Assembly (NCBI GenBank): GCA_021817645.1
Contig: JAKAGH010000002.1
Span: 1-32,476, forward strand
Source: Deltaproteobacteria bacterium
GTDB taxonomy: Bacteria > Desulfobacterota > Desulfobaccia > Desulfobaccales > 0-14-0-80-60-11
DNA length: 32,476 nt
Reading direction: 5' to 3'
In this document: piece after piece, positions 8,341-16,216 of the stretch
Layout: each line of letters starts with the position of its first letter
Position numbering within the stretch: position 1 is the stretch's first letter
Notes under the pieces: generated by a model
Seen by the model: the letters and a program-made list of their open reading frames with translations, nothing else
Database searches by the model: none
Told to the model about the DNA's origin: nothing
Position numbers and translations under genes: made by a program

Positions 8341-9015
8341 ATGGATCCATATAAAATTGTCCTGGCCGATGATCACACCATATTTCGGCAAGCAGTCAGG
8401 AGACTGCTGGCGGGAGTCCCCGGCCTGAAGATTGTGGGGGAGGCCGCGGATGGGCTGGAATTGTTGCAGCTTATCCAACAGACTTCTCCCCAATTGGTGA
8501 TTCTGGATCTTTCCATGCCGAATTACGGCGGCATGGCGGCTGTTAAAGAAATGAAGCGAATCCATCGCCAGATAAAGGTGTTGATCTTAAGCATGCACAA
8601 AACCCGGGCACATTTTTACCGGGCCATATCCTTGCAGGTTCAGGGGTACCTGCTCAAAGAAGATACCCATGAGGAACTGATTGCCGCGATCAAGGTGATC
8701 CGGGGTGGGGGAACCTATATTTCGACCCTTTTAGCCGAACGGATTCCCGAGATCAAGGCCAAAAAGCGCCTTGGGGACCTGGCCTGGCAGGAAGATCCCT
8801 TGAGTGATCGGGAAATGCAAATCTTGAGTTTCCTGGCAGAAGGCAAAACTAACCAAGAAATCGCGGACCTGCTGTCTCTTAGCATCAGAACCGTTCAAGC
8901 GCATCGCTATAACATCAAGGCTAAATTGGACCTCAGGAAATCCATCGAGTTGATAAAATACGCCATTGACAAAGGATACACCATGATGGACTCCGCTGAA
9001 TCCCCGGAAGCTTAA
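8341..9015 (+). CDS. Second NarL/FixJ-family response regulator, a paralogue of 7184-7822
   Basis: MDPYKIVLADDH... parallels the N-terminus of RR1. Acceptor context is LVILDLSMP; the LuxR HTH is LSDREMQILSFLAEGKTNQEIADLLSLSIRTVQAHRYNIKAKL. ATG 8341 with an upstream GAGAGG is preferred over GTG 8335. Confidence 0.9.
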   Translation: MDPYKIVLADDHTIFRQAVRRLLAGVPGLKIVGEAADGLELLQLIQQTSPQLVILDLSMPNYGGMAAVKEMKRIHRQIKVLILSMHKTRAHFYRAISLQVQGYLLKEDTHEELIAAIKVIRGGGTYISTLLAERIPEIKAKKRLGDLAWQEDPLSDREMQILSFLAEGKTNQEIADLLSLSIRTVQAHRYNIKAKLDLRKSIELIKYAIDKGYTMMDSAESPEA

Positions 9016-9020
9016 GCCAA

Positions 9021-9509
9021 ATGGGACCAGCAACCATTAATAAGGGCCGCGGCGCCTGGCTTTGCGCTTTAGGGCTGATTATTTGCCTGCTTGGCTGTCA
9101 GACGCAGGTTAGCAAAGTGCCACCATCGCCGCCGCCGCTGCCGCCAAGGCCGGCGCAACCCAAAGCAGCGCGCCCCACTTTTTATGTGACCGCCAATCAG
9201 CTTAGCTTGCGGGCCTGTCCCGGCCTGGATTGCAAAAAAATTACTGCCCTGAAATTAAATGCCGAAGTGGAAAAGATGGGGGAGATCCAAAATTGGACTC
9301 AGATTAAGGTAAAAAAGGATGGGACGATAGGTTATGTCAGCTCCCGCTATCTCTCCCCACACCCCGTGGACGCGGCACACCTTGCCAAAAAAAAACCCAA
9401 GAAAATAAAACCTCGCAAAGCTGCCCAGCCTCCTGAAGCGCCGGTGGAAGAGGGAAAGGTCCTGCCCGCGAATCAAGAGCCTGAGCCGCCAATCCCCCGG
9501 GTCATGTAG
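9021..9509 (+). CDS. SH3b-domain lipoprotein with a Pro-rich linker and a Lys-rich tail
   Basis: Lipobox LLGCQ, then PPSPPPLPPRPAQP, then an SH3b module (FYVTANQLSLRACPGLDC...WTQIKVKKDGTIGYVSSRYL) resembling repeat 2 of the protein at 3503-4306. Confidence 0.8.
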   Translation: MGPATINKGRGAWLCALGLIICLLGCQTQVSKVPPSPPPLPPRPAQPKAARPTFYVTANQLSLRACPGLDCKKITALKLNAEVEKMGEIQNWTQIKVKKDGTIGYVSSRYLSPHPVDAAHLAKKKPKKIKPRKAAQPPEAPVEEGKVLPANQEPEPPIPRVM

Positions 9510-9589
9510 GAGGAGGCAGGAGTCAAGGGCATAGATTTGCAGGACAAAATATCCCGCTCTTATTCAGAAGTTCCTGCGCCGCGCCGGGG

Positions 9590-10042
9590 TCATTTGCGGC
9601 CAGGAGGTGGCGGCGGAGGCGGCGGTCCAGCAGCTGGGCACATGCCCATGCCCATCCCGGGTCCGGGACCCATATCGAAATTGGGGGCGATCTTCTTGGC
9701 TTCCGACCGGGTGGCCGTCATCTTCTCCAGTATCTGGTCTCCCAGAGCATTCAACTCCTTCTGCTTGGCCTGGATGGCGTTTTGATCAGGCTTCTCCGCC
9801 TTCCCCAAGGCCTCCAGTTCCGCATTCTTGACCATCATCTGCCTGCGCAGACTGGCGGTGTCGGCATACATCTTTTCATTGAGGTCGAAAATCTTGCCTG
9901 CCTGCTCCGGGGTCAGATTCATCATCACGGGGCCGTGGCCCATGCCCTTCCCCATGGGCTGGGCCCAGACGGAGGCCACCAGACCCAGACTCAATGCCAG
10001 GGCCAAGACCAGCAGCAACGGTAATTTCCCTGATTTCTTCAA
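9590..10042 (-). CDS. Spy/CpxP/ZraP-family periplasmic protein (annotated in databases as periplasmic heavy metal sensor) with Met/Gly-rich ends and a Pro8 tail
   Basis: Signal peptide ending VWA, then LTPEQ...(LRRQMMVKNAELEAL...KPDQNAIQAKQKELNAL), the helical hairpin pattern typical of the LTxxQ family. MGKGMGHG and GPGPGMGMGM motifs are present and the C-terminus is PPPPPPPPGRK. TTG start with an AGGAG 10 nt upstream. Confidence 0.8.
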   Translation of the reverse strand: MKKSGKLPLLLVLALALSLGLVASVWAQPMGKGMGHGPVMMNLTPEQAGKIFDLNEKMYADTASLRRQMMVKNAELEALGKAEKPDQNAIQAKQKELNALGDQILEKMTATRSEAKKIAPNFDMGPGPGMGMGMCPAAGPPPPPPPPGRK

Positions 10043-10376
10043 CTTATCTATCTCCTCTATCTCTGGCCATGGACCATAACCCTGATGGGACTCCTACCGC
10101 CCTCCCTTAGTCAATGCTTTGTCCGCCAAATTTTTCATAATTTCTTTTTTCAGCCCCCCTGGTATGGAGCTGGCCCAAGAATTTTTGAAGCACAATCTGG
10201 CTGGGGCTGAATGCCCCGCCAAGGCCGTTACGCTCAAACATTACACGGAATAGCAAGTGGCCGCTCAGATCGGGGATTAATCCGCCCGCGTGAGTTAAGG
10301 CTCCTGTCGTTTACCGCCGTTTTGACCTTGCGAAAAAACCCAGGAATTGTACACATCTCGATTTGTCATCGACAGA

Positions 10377-11864
10377 CTAAGGCGCGCCGGTATGGCACTG
10401 GTTACACAGGATTTCCGGGGGGATTTCTCCTCCAGGATGGTCGAATTTCAACCCCTGCAGGCTCATGGTCTCCGGTTGCTGACCGCCCTGGGCGGTGATT
10501 ATATGACACGAGTTGCAGGCATTGGAGATGGCCCGGCCTGTCTCGTTGACATGGGAACCATCGTGGCAGCGAAAGCAACCCGGCCAAATATAATGCCCGA
10601 TATTGTTTGGCCGCACTTTCCAGTCCGTTTTCATTTCCGGGAAGAAATTGTCTCGAAAGATCCTCTGAGTCTCGGAGATCGCCTGCCCGATCTTTGGCTG
10701 GTCCTGGTAATCAGGGTACCCTTTCGAGAGTTTTTCAGCAATCAGGGCAATCCCAGGGGCCTGCGAAACAGCCCCGGCGGCCTTGACTAGAGCCTCGGCC
10801 GCCTTCGCTTTTATGGAAGGAATGGCAGGATCGATACGACCCAGCCACAAGGAAGCATCCAGAGCGGTATAGGGAGAATCGAAAATGTGGGTGGGACGAT
10901 TGTGGCAGTCGACACAGTCGAGCACCCGCACGGGCAGAGTTTTTTGTTGGGGGGTCAATGGATCGTTCTTTGACTGGTAGACGGTGACCGCGCCTGTCTG
11001 TCGATTCGTCACGCGCACCCAGGGGATGGTTTGCCGGCTCTCATCCGTGGCAATGTACTCCATGCGGTTGCCCACATTCATATGCCAGTGGATGCCTTCA
11101 ACCGGCCCCTTGGTGGGATCTGCCCCTCCCACCTTCACCAGCAATCTTATATTCCACGGAGTGTTTTGCTTGTCAGGCAGGAAGAATTGGCGGCGCAGTT
11201 CCACCCATCCAAAAAATTTCGCCGGCCAATGGCACTGTTCGCAGGTTTCCGGCGCGGGCCGCAGGTTTTGGACCGGCACTGGAATGGGCCGTGGATATGA
11301 GTTAGTAACGGTTGCATAGACCTGATAGAGGCCGGAGAGCTTGGAGCGGACAAACCAGGAAGCGCCCGGGCCGATATGGCATTCCGTGCATCGTACCCTG
11401 GCGTGGGGAGAGATTTTGTACGTGGTGTATTCCGGCTTCATCGGCGTGTGGCACAAAGCGCCGCAAAACTCCGACGATTCCGTCACCTGAAACGCGCGGT
11501 AGCTTCCTAACGAGGTGAGCAAAAGAAAAAGGGATGTGCAGGCAAGCGCCACGACAAGTTGGCGCGTGCGCCTCTCGCCACTTGCCTCATCGCGGGCCTC
11601 AGCCGCCGTTAGTTTTTTGCGCCGGCGGAGTTCCAGCCATGCTCCCACTCCCCCGAAAATGAGGCCAATCCAAACAAATGACGGGACAATCAGGTAGATC
11701 AGGATGCCCATGTAGGGCTGTCTGAAACCCTGAAACAGGTCAACTGCTATCAGAAAAAGCTCGACGAACAGGCAGCACACGGCCACCACAACGCCGAAGA
11801 TGCCAACCCAGTTGCCGACCAGGGCGGAAACCCATTGGGAACGCTTGGACTTAGGCCCTTTCAT
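10377..11864 (-). CDS. Membrane-anchored heptahaem c-type cytochrome, NapC/NirT family (ImcH-like architecture); putative quinol/quinone-pool oxidoreductase
   Basis: 2-3 N-terminal TM helices and seven CXXCH motifs: CGALCH, CTECH, CEQCH, CVDCH, CFRCH, CNSCH, CNQCH. The first two sit in a NapC/NirT-like module (CGALCHTPMKPEY..Y..SPHA...C.ECH). Confidence 0.88.
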   Translation of the reverse strand: MKGPKSKRSQWVSALVGNWVGIFGVVVAVCCLFVELFLIAVDLFQGFRQPYMGILIYLIVPSFVWIGLIFGGVGAWLELRRRKKLTAAEARDEASGERRTRQLVVALACTSLFLLLTSLGSYRAFQVTESSEFCGALCHTPMKPEYTTYKISPHARVRCTECHIGPGASWFVRSKLSGLYQVYATVTNSYPRPIPVPVQNLRPAPETCEQCHWPAKFFGWVELRRQFFLPDKQNTPWNIRLLVKVGGADPTKGPVEGIHWHMNVGNRMEYIATDESRQTIPWVRVTNRQTGAVTVYQSKNDPLTPQQKTLPVRVLDCVDCHNRPTHIFDSPYTALDASLWLGRIDPAIPSIKAKAAEALVKAAGAVSQAPGIALIAEKLSKGYPDYQDQPKIGQAISETQRIFRDNFFPEMKTDWKVRPNNIGHYIWPGCFRCHDGSHVNETGRAISNACNSCHIITAQGGQQPETMSLQGLKFDHPGGEIPPEILCNQCHTGAP

Positions 11865-11919
11865 GAACGAAGGGGTTCCAAATCGATGCTAAAAGAGTGG
11901 CTGCAGCCGGTCACAACCG

Positions 11920-12246
11920 TTAGTGTTTCGCAACTGACTTAAGATAAGCTATCACGTCCTGCAGTTCTGCATCGGTTAACTTGAATTCCGGCATTTTTAC
12001 TTTGGGATCGATGGCTTTCTTGGGGTTGGTGATCGCCTCCTTGAGGAAAGCGTCGGTCTTGCCCCCGGCAAGCATTTCAATGGGCTTGCCCAGGACGGGC
12101 TTGCCCGGTTCGGGCGCCTTGTGGCACAGGGCGCATTTTTTGCTATCTGCCAGGGCTTTTCCCTTTTCCGCAGAACCGCCTTGAGCCCATGCAAAAGCGG
12201 CAATTCCAATCGATGCCAAAAAAAAGACCATAACTTTAGATTTCAT
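11920..12246 (-). CDS. Periplasmic monohaem class-I cytochrome c (MtoD-like by size and position)
   Basis: 108 aa with signal peptide MKSKVMVFFLASIGIAAFAWA, a single CALCH, and a distal Met candidate (KVKMPEF). AGGAGG Shine-Dalgarno. Confidence 0.85.
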   Translation of the reverse strand: MKSKVMVFFLASIGIAAFAWAQGGSAEKGKALADSKKCALCHKAPEPGKPVLGKPIEMLAGGKTDAFLKEAITNPKKAIDPKVKMPEFKLTDAELQDVIAYLKSVAKH

Positions 12247-12390
12247 TTTTCCTCCTGTATTTGGGCCACGGCAATCATGAACGGAGAGCCCCCGCTGTTT
12301 CCAGTTTATCTGCGGTGCATGATAGAAACAAGCTTAAAACAATGCAGACGCGGTTGAAATCACTCTTGCCACTCACCCCTTCAGCCCAAA

Positions 12391-14433
12391 CTAAAACTTG
12401 TACTGTAAAAATGCCTGCACCACGTGCGCCGTGGCGTTCCTGTAGAACCCGTCCAGGGTATTAAACGCCTGACTGGCGCCCGGCGCGCCCGCCGCAGTGA
12501 TTCCCCGCGTGTAAAGCGTTTGGTACGCCTGGCTCATGAAGAAGGCCTCGTATATGTATCCCCCTCTGATAGCCCAGTGCTCGTTGTACTGATAGGTGAG
12601 AAATGTACGGATATCGGCAAAGGTTTCGTTCAGATTGGGCATGAACGAGTTGTGGAAATCCGATTTCGCAAAAGAGTAGCTGGCCCTGGTCGTGAGCTTC
12701 ACCTTTTTCGGAATGAGCTTAAAGTCCGCACTGGCGAAAAAAGTGTCATATGAATCGGAGGTGGTCAAAGTGGGGCCCGAATCACCCTGGATCCGAGCAA
12801 CTTCCCCATTAATTGCGCCATTGGGGGCCAGTTCTTTAACTTGGAGTTGCTGGTGGTCGTATCCCAGGCTCAACGCCACCCGGTCATGCGGCCTCCAGCT
12901 CACATCCACTCCGGTCGACCAGCCTCGATCGCTTTGGATACCAAGGGCCGAGTTGGTAAAATTGTCGTTATAGATCGAGAAATTACCGGAGCAGGTGACA
13001 GTATCCCAGGGATAAACTTCGGCAACGAAATTGGCGTTGTTCCGGTTGAGGCTGCCCGAGTAGAATTTGTAAGTCAGCGGCACCAGCACGGCCGTCGGAT
13101 CCCCCGTCTGCGTCACAAACGCCAGAGGATTACTCCCCGTCCTGGTGGTGAACGAATAGTTGGCCAGCAGGCTCAGCCAGTTAGTAGGAGACACCCTGAC
13201 GCCCGCCTGGGGCGTGTGACTCGAGGTATTGCCCTGTTCATTGCCGCGGGTGTCTCCTTTCCAGTTATAGCCGACAGTGACGGCCACCTTGTTGTTCACT
13301 CTATAATCAGCGCCGAGGTTGATGCCCTGCCGGAAATACGAATAGTGCTCAGCTGCCAGAAGGGTTGGGTTGTTTCCGAATGCCCTCAGCAAAACTTGAT
13401 TTTCTGAAGCTTTGTTATCATTCGAATAATTATAAGCCCTGTACGCATATCTCAAGGTTAACGGGGCGATTGGACGGGTTATGCCTGCAAGATCCGCGGC
13501 CAGAGTCGAAGCGCTGAGACCCGCAAGGCCGTCAAATCTGCCAGCCACGGTAGGAGGGGGCCCAGCACCAGTGGCACTCTCGAAGACATAGTCGTTCTGG
13601 GACAGCCAGCCGTAGGACAACGAACCGGTGATCCTGGTCTTGTAGGACTTCAGGTCCAGTGCCCCCTCACCGGTAACGTAGTTGGCCATATTGCTTCCGG
13701 GCAGGGAGTTAAAGGCGAGCGCCCCGACCGGCTGCTGCCTGGCCAAAACGTCTGCCTGCCCATTATCAAAGGTCGAAAGATGATAAGAGACGCGACCCTG
13801 AAAAATCGACCGCTTTTCAGTCGGCTGATCATATTCCGCGCCGACTCTCAGGTCGTTTTGCTTATAATTAATCGGTCTGAGAAAGGTGGTAAAATTATAG
13901 GGATTGCCAGGACCAGTAAGGTAGCTCCCTGCCTGCCAGCCGTTTCTTTTCAGGAATTGGTCCTCGGCGAACAGGGTGAAATTAAGTGTGGGCGAGTAGT
14001 AGCCGCTGAACCGCAGTCTCTGCAACACAATCCCAATACGGTTAGCAGTGGGATTCACCGTGCAGTAAAGGTTTTGGAGCTGGTCATACTCAATTTGGGC
14101 ATGATAGAGCCCGAGTTTGCCTATCTGGAGCAAGTAATCCTGATCTGCTAATCCCGGATGGCTCATCCGGAAATTATAATATTCGAGGCCGTCCTTGCTC
14201 TTCAGCCAGATATCGGTATCCGCGAGAAACCCTTCGGGGAAGGGAACATACTTTTTCAAATATGACCGGTCCATATGTCTGGGTTGATCGGAGACCCATC
14301 CTCCACCCAAGGCGATATAGCCGCCCAAGGTGTAATTGGTCCCCGCGTCCATGTCAGCGAAGCCACCCCCGCAGGTCAGAGTGATAAACATGACTGCGAG
14401 AAAAACGACCAGGATTTCTCTCTTAAGCTTCAT
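12391..14433 (-). CDS. Outer-membrane beta-barrel, MtrB/PioB family (decahaem-associated porin)
   Basis: About 680 aa with a signal peptide. Alternating-residue beta-strand composition is rich in Y/G/N/S/T, and the C-terminal barrel signature is ...VQAFLQYKF. It starts 10-13 nt after the decahaem gene stop. ATG 14433 is preferred over GTG 14436. Confidence 0.8.
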   Translation of the reverse strand: MKLKREILVVFLAVMFITLTCGGGFADMDAGTNYTLGGYIALGGGWVSDQPRHMDRSYLKKYVPFPEGFLADTDIWLKSKDGLEYYNFRMSHPGLADQDYLLQIGKLGLYHAQIEYDQLQNLYCTVNPTANRIGIVLQRLRFSGYYSPTLNFTLFAEDQFLKRNGWQAGSYLTGPGNPYNFTTFLRPINYKQNDLRVGAEYDQPTEKRSIFQGRVSYHLSTFDNGQADVLARQQPVGALAFNSLPGSNMANYVTGEGALDLKSYKTRITGSLSYGWLSQNDYVFESATGAGPPPTVAGRFDGLAGLSASTLAADLAGITRPIAPLTLRYAYRAYNYSNDNKASENQVLLRAFGNNPTLLAAEHYSYFRQGINLGADYRVNNKVAVTVGYNWKGDTRGNEQGNTSSHTPQAGVRVSPTNWLSLLANYSFTTRTGSNPLAFVTQTGDPTAVLVPLTYKFYSGSLNRNNANFVAEVYPWDTVTCSGNFSIYNDNFTNSALGIQSDRGWSTGVDVSWRPHDRVALSLGYDHQQLQVKELAPNGAINGEVARIQGDSGPTLTTSDSYDTFFASADFKLIPKKVKLTTRASYSFAKSDFHNSFMPNLNETFADIRTFLTYQYNEHWAIRGGYIYEAFFMSQAYQTLYTRGITAAGAPGASQAFNTLDGFYRNATAHVVQAFLQYKF

Positions 14434-14446
14434 CACCCCCCCCTTT

Positions 14447-15397
14447 TTATCTAAAGAATAAATTGCCCTGGATATTGTTGCTGCCGTGGATGTTCCGGTG
14501 ACAGTTGACGCACGCCGAGCCGGCCATCATATTTATCCTTCTCTTTTCCGCCCCCCCCGCCCCCGAGATCGTGAAATTGACGTTGTGGAAGGTAATATGG
14601 CAATCCCGGCACAACCTGATGGGAGGTTGTTTCAGCAGGGCGGGATAGGCGCTGCCGTGGGGCTGATGGCAATTGAAACAATCCTCCATGACGGGCGGAT
14701 GCTGAAAAATGAACGGACCTCGGTACTGGGCGTGACAATTGAAGCAAAGTTCTCTAGTGGAAATAGCTTTTACGAGCTTGGGGGAAGCAGTCCCGTGTGG
14801 GTTGTGGCAACTCGCGCAGTTCATTTTTCCCTCGCGCACGGGATGATGGGAAAATTTGTTCTCCGCACGAACTTGCTCTTTATGACAGGTATTGCACGTA
14901 TCCGCTACGGTTAAACGGGCGAGTTGAAAACGATTCGCTGCTCCCGGTCCCGTATGGACTACGTGGCACGATGTGCAAGCGACGCCGTTGGTGTCATGAA
15001 CACTGCCCGACCAGAAAAGCCTATTCCTCTTTTGATGGCACTTGAGACAGGCATCGTTTTGCATGGAAATCGGCGTGGGCGTCCCCTTCGTAAATCGAAC
15101 CATACCCGCGAATGATGTGCCTCCCGAACCAACATGCTCTGTTGCCGGTCCATGACATGTTTCACACCCAAGTTTTTCACCAGCAGTACGGGGGTGCTTC
15201 AAAAACAGGGTGCCCATAGCCGTCTTGGCGAGGATATCGTACACTTTTTGGTGACAGGCTTGGCAGGTTTCCGCGCCTGCATACCCTGCATTGGCCTTTT
15301 CGGCCTTTTTGTCCTCTGCCGGTGCTTTTGAGAAAGAAAGAAGAAAAACCAGGATTACAAAGACAAAAGTCAGTGCGGAAATGGAAATTTTGCGCAT
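14447..15397 (-). CDS. Periplasmic decahaem c-type cytochrome, MtrA/DmsE/PioA/MtoA family
   Basis: 316 aa with a signal peptide and ten CXXCH motifs: CQACH, CETCH, CLKCH, CTSCH, CNTCH, CASCH, CFNCH, CFNCH, CRDCH, CVNCH. Family-typical strings are HHPVREGKMNCASCHNPHG, RGPFIFQHPPVMEDCFNCHQPHGS and CVNCHRNIHGSN. Confidence 0.92.
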   Translation of the reverse strand: MRKISISALTFVFVILVFLLSFSKAPAEDKKAEKANAGYAGAETCQACHQKVYDILAKTAMGTLFLKHPRTAGEKLGCETCHGPATEHVGSGGTSFAGMVRFTKGTPTPISMQNDACLKCHQKRNRLFWSGSVHDTNGVACTSCHVVHTGPGAANRFQLARLTVADTCNTCHKEQVRAENKFSHHPVREGKMNCASCHNPHGTASPKLVKAISTRELCFNCHAQYRGPFIFQHPPVMEDCFNCHQPHGSAYPALLKQPPIRLCRDCHITFHNVNFTISGAGGAEKRRINMMAGSACVNCHRNIHGSNNIQGNLFFR

Positions 15398-15559
15398 CGC
15401 CCCCCCCCGGTGATGTCCATTAAATTGTGGAAATTTGGTTTAAATGATTGAAATTGGTTTCAGGGTTTCACCTCTCCAGTTTTTGTTGAGCATTGGGGTT
15501 ATGCTATAGAAGATTCGATCAAAACTGGCTTCACTGGTTGAACAGTTCTTCATGGACCG

Positions 15560-15596
15560 GGTGCGCCGGCGCACCTCCCGGAAAGCCGTTCCGGGA
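15560..15596. promoter_or_regulatory. Two abutting palindromes upstream of the decahaem operon; candidate operator or structured element
   Basis: A perfect 16-bp palindrome GGTGCGCCGGCGCACC lies at 15560-15575. It is followed directly by tcccggaa-agccg-ttccggga (15576-15596, 8-bp arms), about 165-200 nt upstream of the ATG at 15397. Confidence 0.3.
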
Positions 15597-15759
15597 TATT
15601 GGTGGTGCGGATGGACTTCCAGCGCCTGGAGGAAAGTCATAAAGGTGCCGGCAGTTTTCTATCAAAATGATATATATTATGTTTTTTTAATGTTTTTTTT
15701 ATAGTTAAAAATAATAGGAGAAGTCAAGGAAAAAATTAGGGAGTTAAGGATTTTTTCTA

Positions 15760-16075
15760 GCCCCTGTATCTGCCCTTGGGCCGGCTGCTCTGAGGGCGGC
15801 GGGCCCTGGCCCCGGCCCTCCTCATCCTCATCCCCCTTTTCAGCCTGTTGACCATCATTGCCAGCCAGGCTCTGGAATTTTCCCGCAGTGTGAGCCAGGG
15901 CCTGCAACCGGCCACGTCTGGCAATGACTGGCGGCCAATTTGGATGGGGTCAAGGGGTATCTTCACCACCTCAACTTGCCCTTGCCACCGGAGCAGATCA
16001 AGCTGGAGTCCATTGTCCGGACGGTGTTGACCCGGGCCAGCGTCTTCATCTACGCCTGCTATTCCAATACAATGA
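15760..16075 (+). pseudogene. Frameshifted fragment of a membrane permease gene (possibly AI-2E/PerM type)
   Basis: Two different frames read ...ALLILIPLFSLLTIIASQALEFSRSVSQGLQ... and ...YLHHLNLPLPPEQIKLESIVRTVLTRASVFIY.... There is no start or full-length frame. The family assignment is by remembered pattern only. Confidence 0.3.
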
Positions 16076-16189
16076 ATGATTAAGCGGCTGCGGTCGCAGG
16101 GCTTTGGCTGGCGGCGGATTGCCGAATATCTGCGACGTTACAATGAGTCTCACCCAGAAATGGAAAAGGGTTTAGGCCCGTTAACCTAA
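16076..16189 (+). pseudogene. 37-aa HTH-like mini-ORF, probably a remnant of a recombinase/regulator gene
   Basis: My own translation is MIKRLRSQGFGWRRIAEYLRRYNESHPEMEKGLGPLT*. GWRRIAEYL resembles a resolvase/Hin-type HTH recognition region. It ends 28 nt from the tRNA fragment's 3' end. Confidence 0.25.
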
Positions 16190-16198
16190 ACCCTCGCT
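16145..16198 (+). repeat. Copy A of a ~54-nt imperfect direct repeat flanking the tRNA fragment
   Basis: gagtctcac...cccgttaacc-taaaccctcgc aligns with 16397-16450, gattctcac...cccgttaacc-ctatccctcgg. The 10-nt core cccgttaacc is identical at 16177-16186 and 16430-16439. Confidence 0.55.
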
Positions 16199-16216
16199 TA
16201 AGTATCTGCAATTACT

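Noticed and set aside
9537-9785. An 82-aa plus-strand ORF with a Gly8 run
   Set aside because: It is the antisense reading of the Pro8 and Met/Gly-rich tail of the Spy/CpxP-like gene.
10043-10376. A sigma54 promoter for the Spy/ZraP-like gene, by analogy with E. coli zraP
   Set aside because: The best candidate is TTGGCGG-ACAAA-GCATT on the minus strand. Its GG and GC elements are spaced 2 nt too close, and I found no better match.
15440-15640. A 66-aa minus-strand ORF upstream of the decahaem gene
   Set aside because: It has no recognisable motif and no Shine-Dalgarno. It spans the two palindromes and sits in what should be the operon's promoter or leader region, so it is probably a chance frame.
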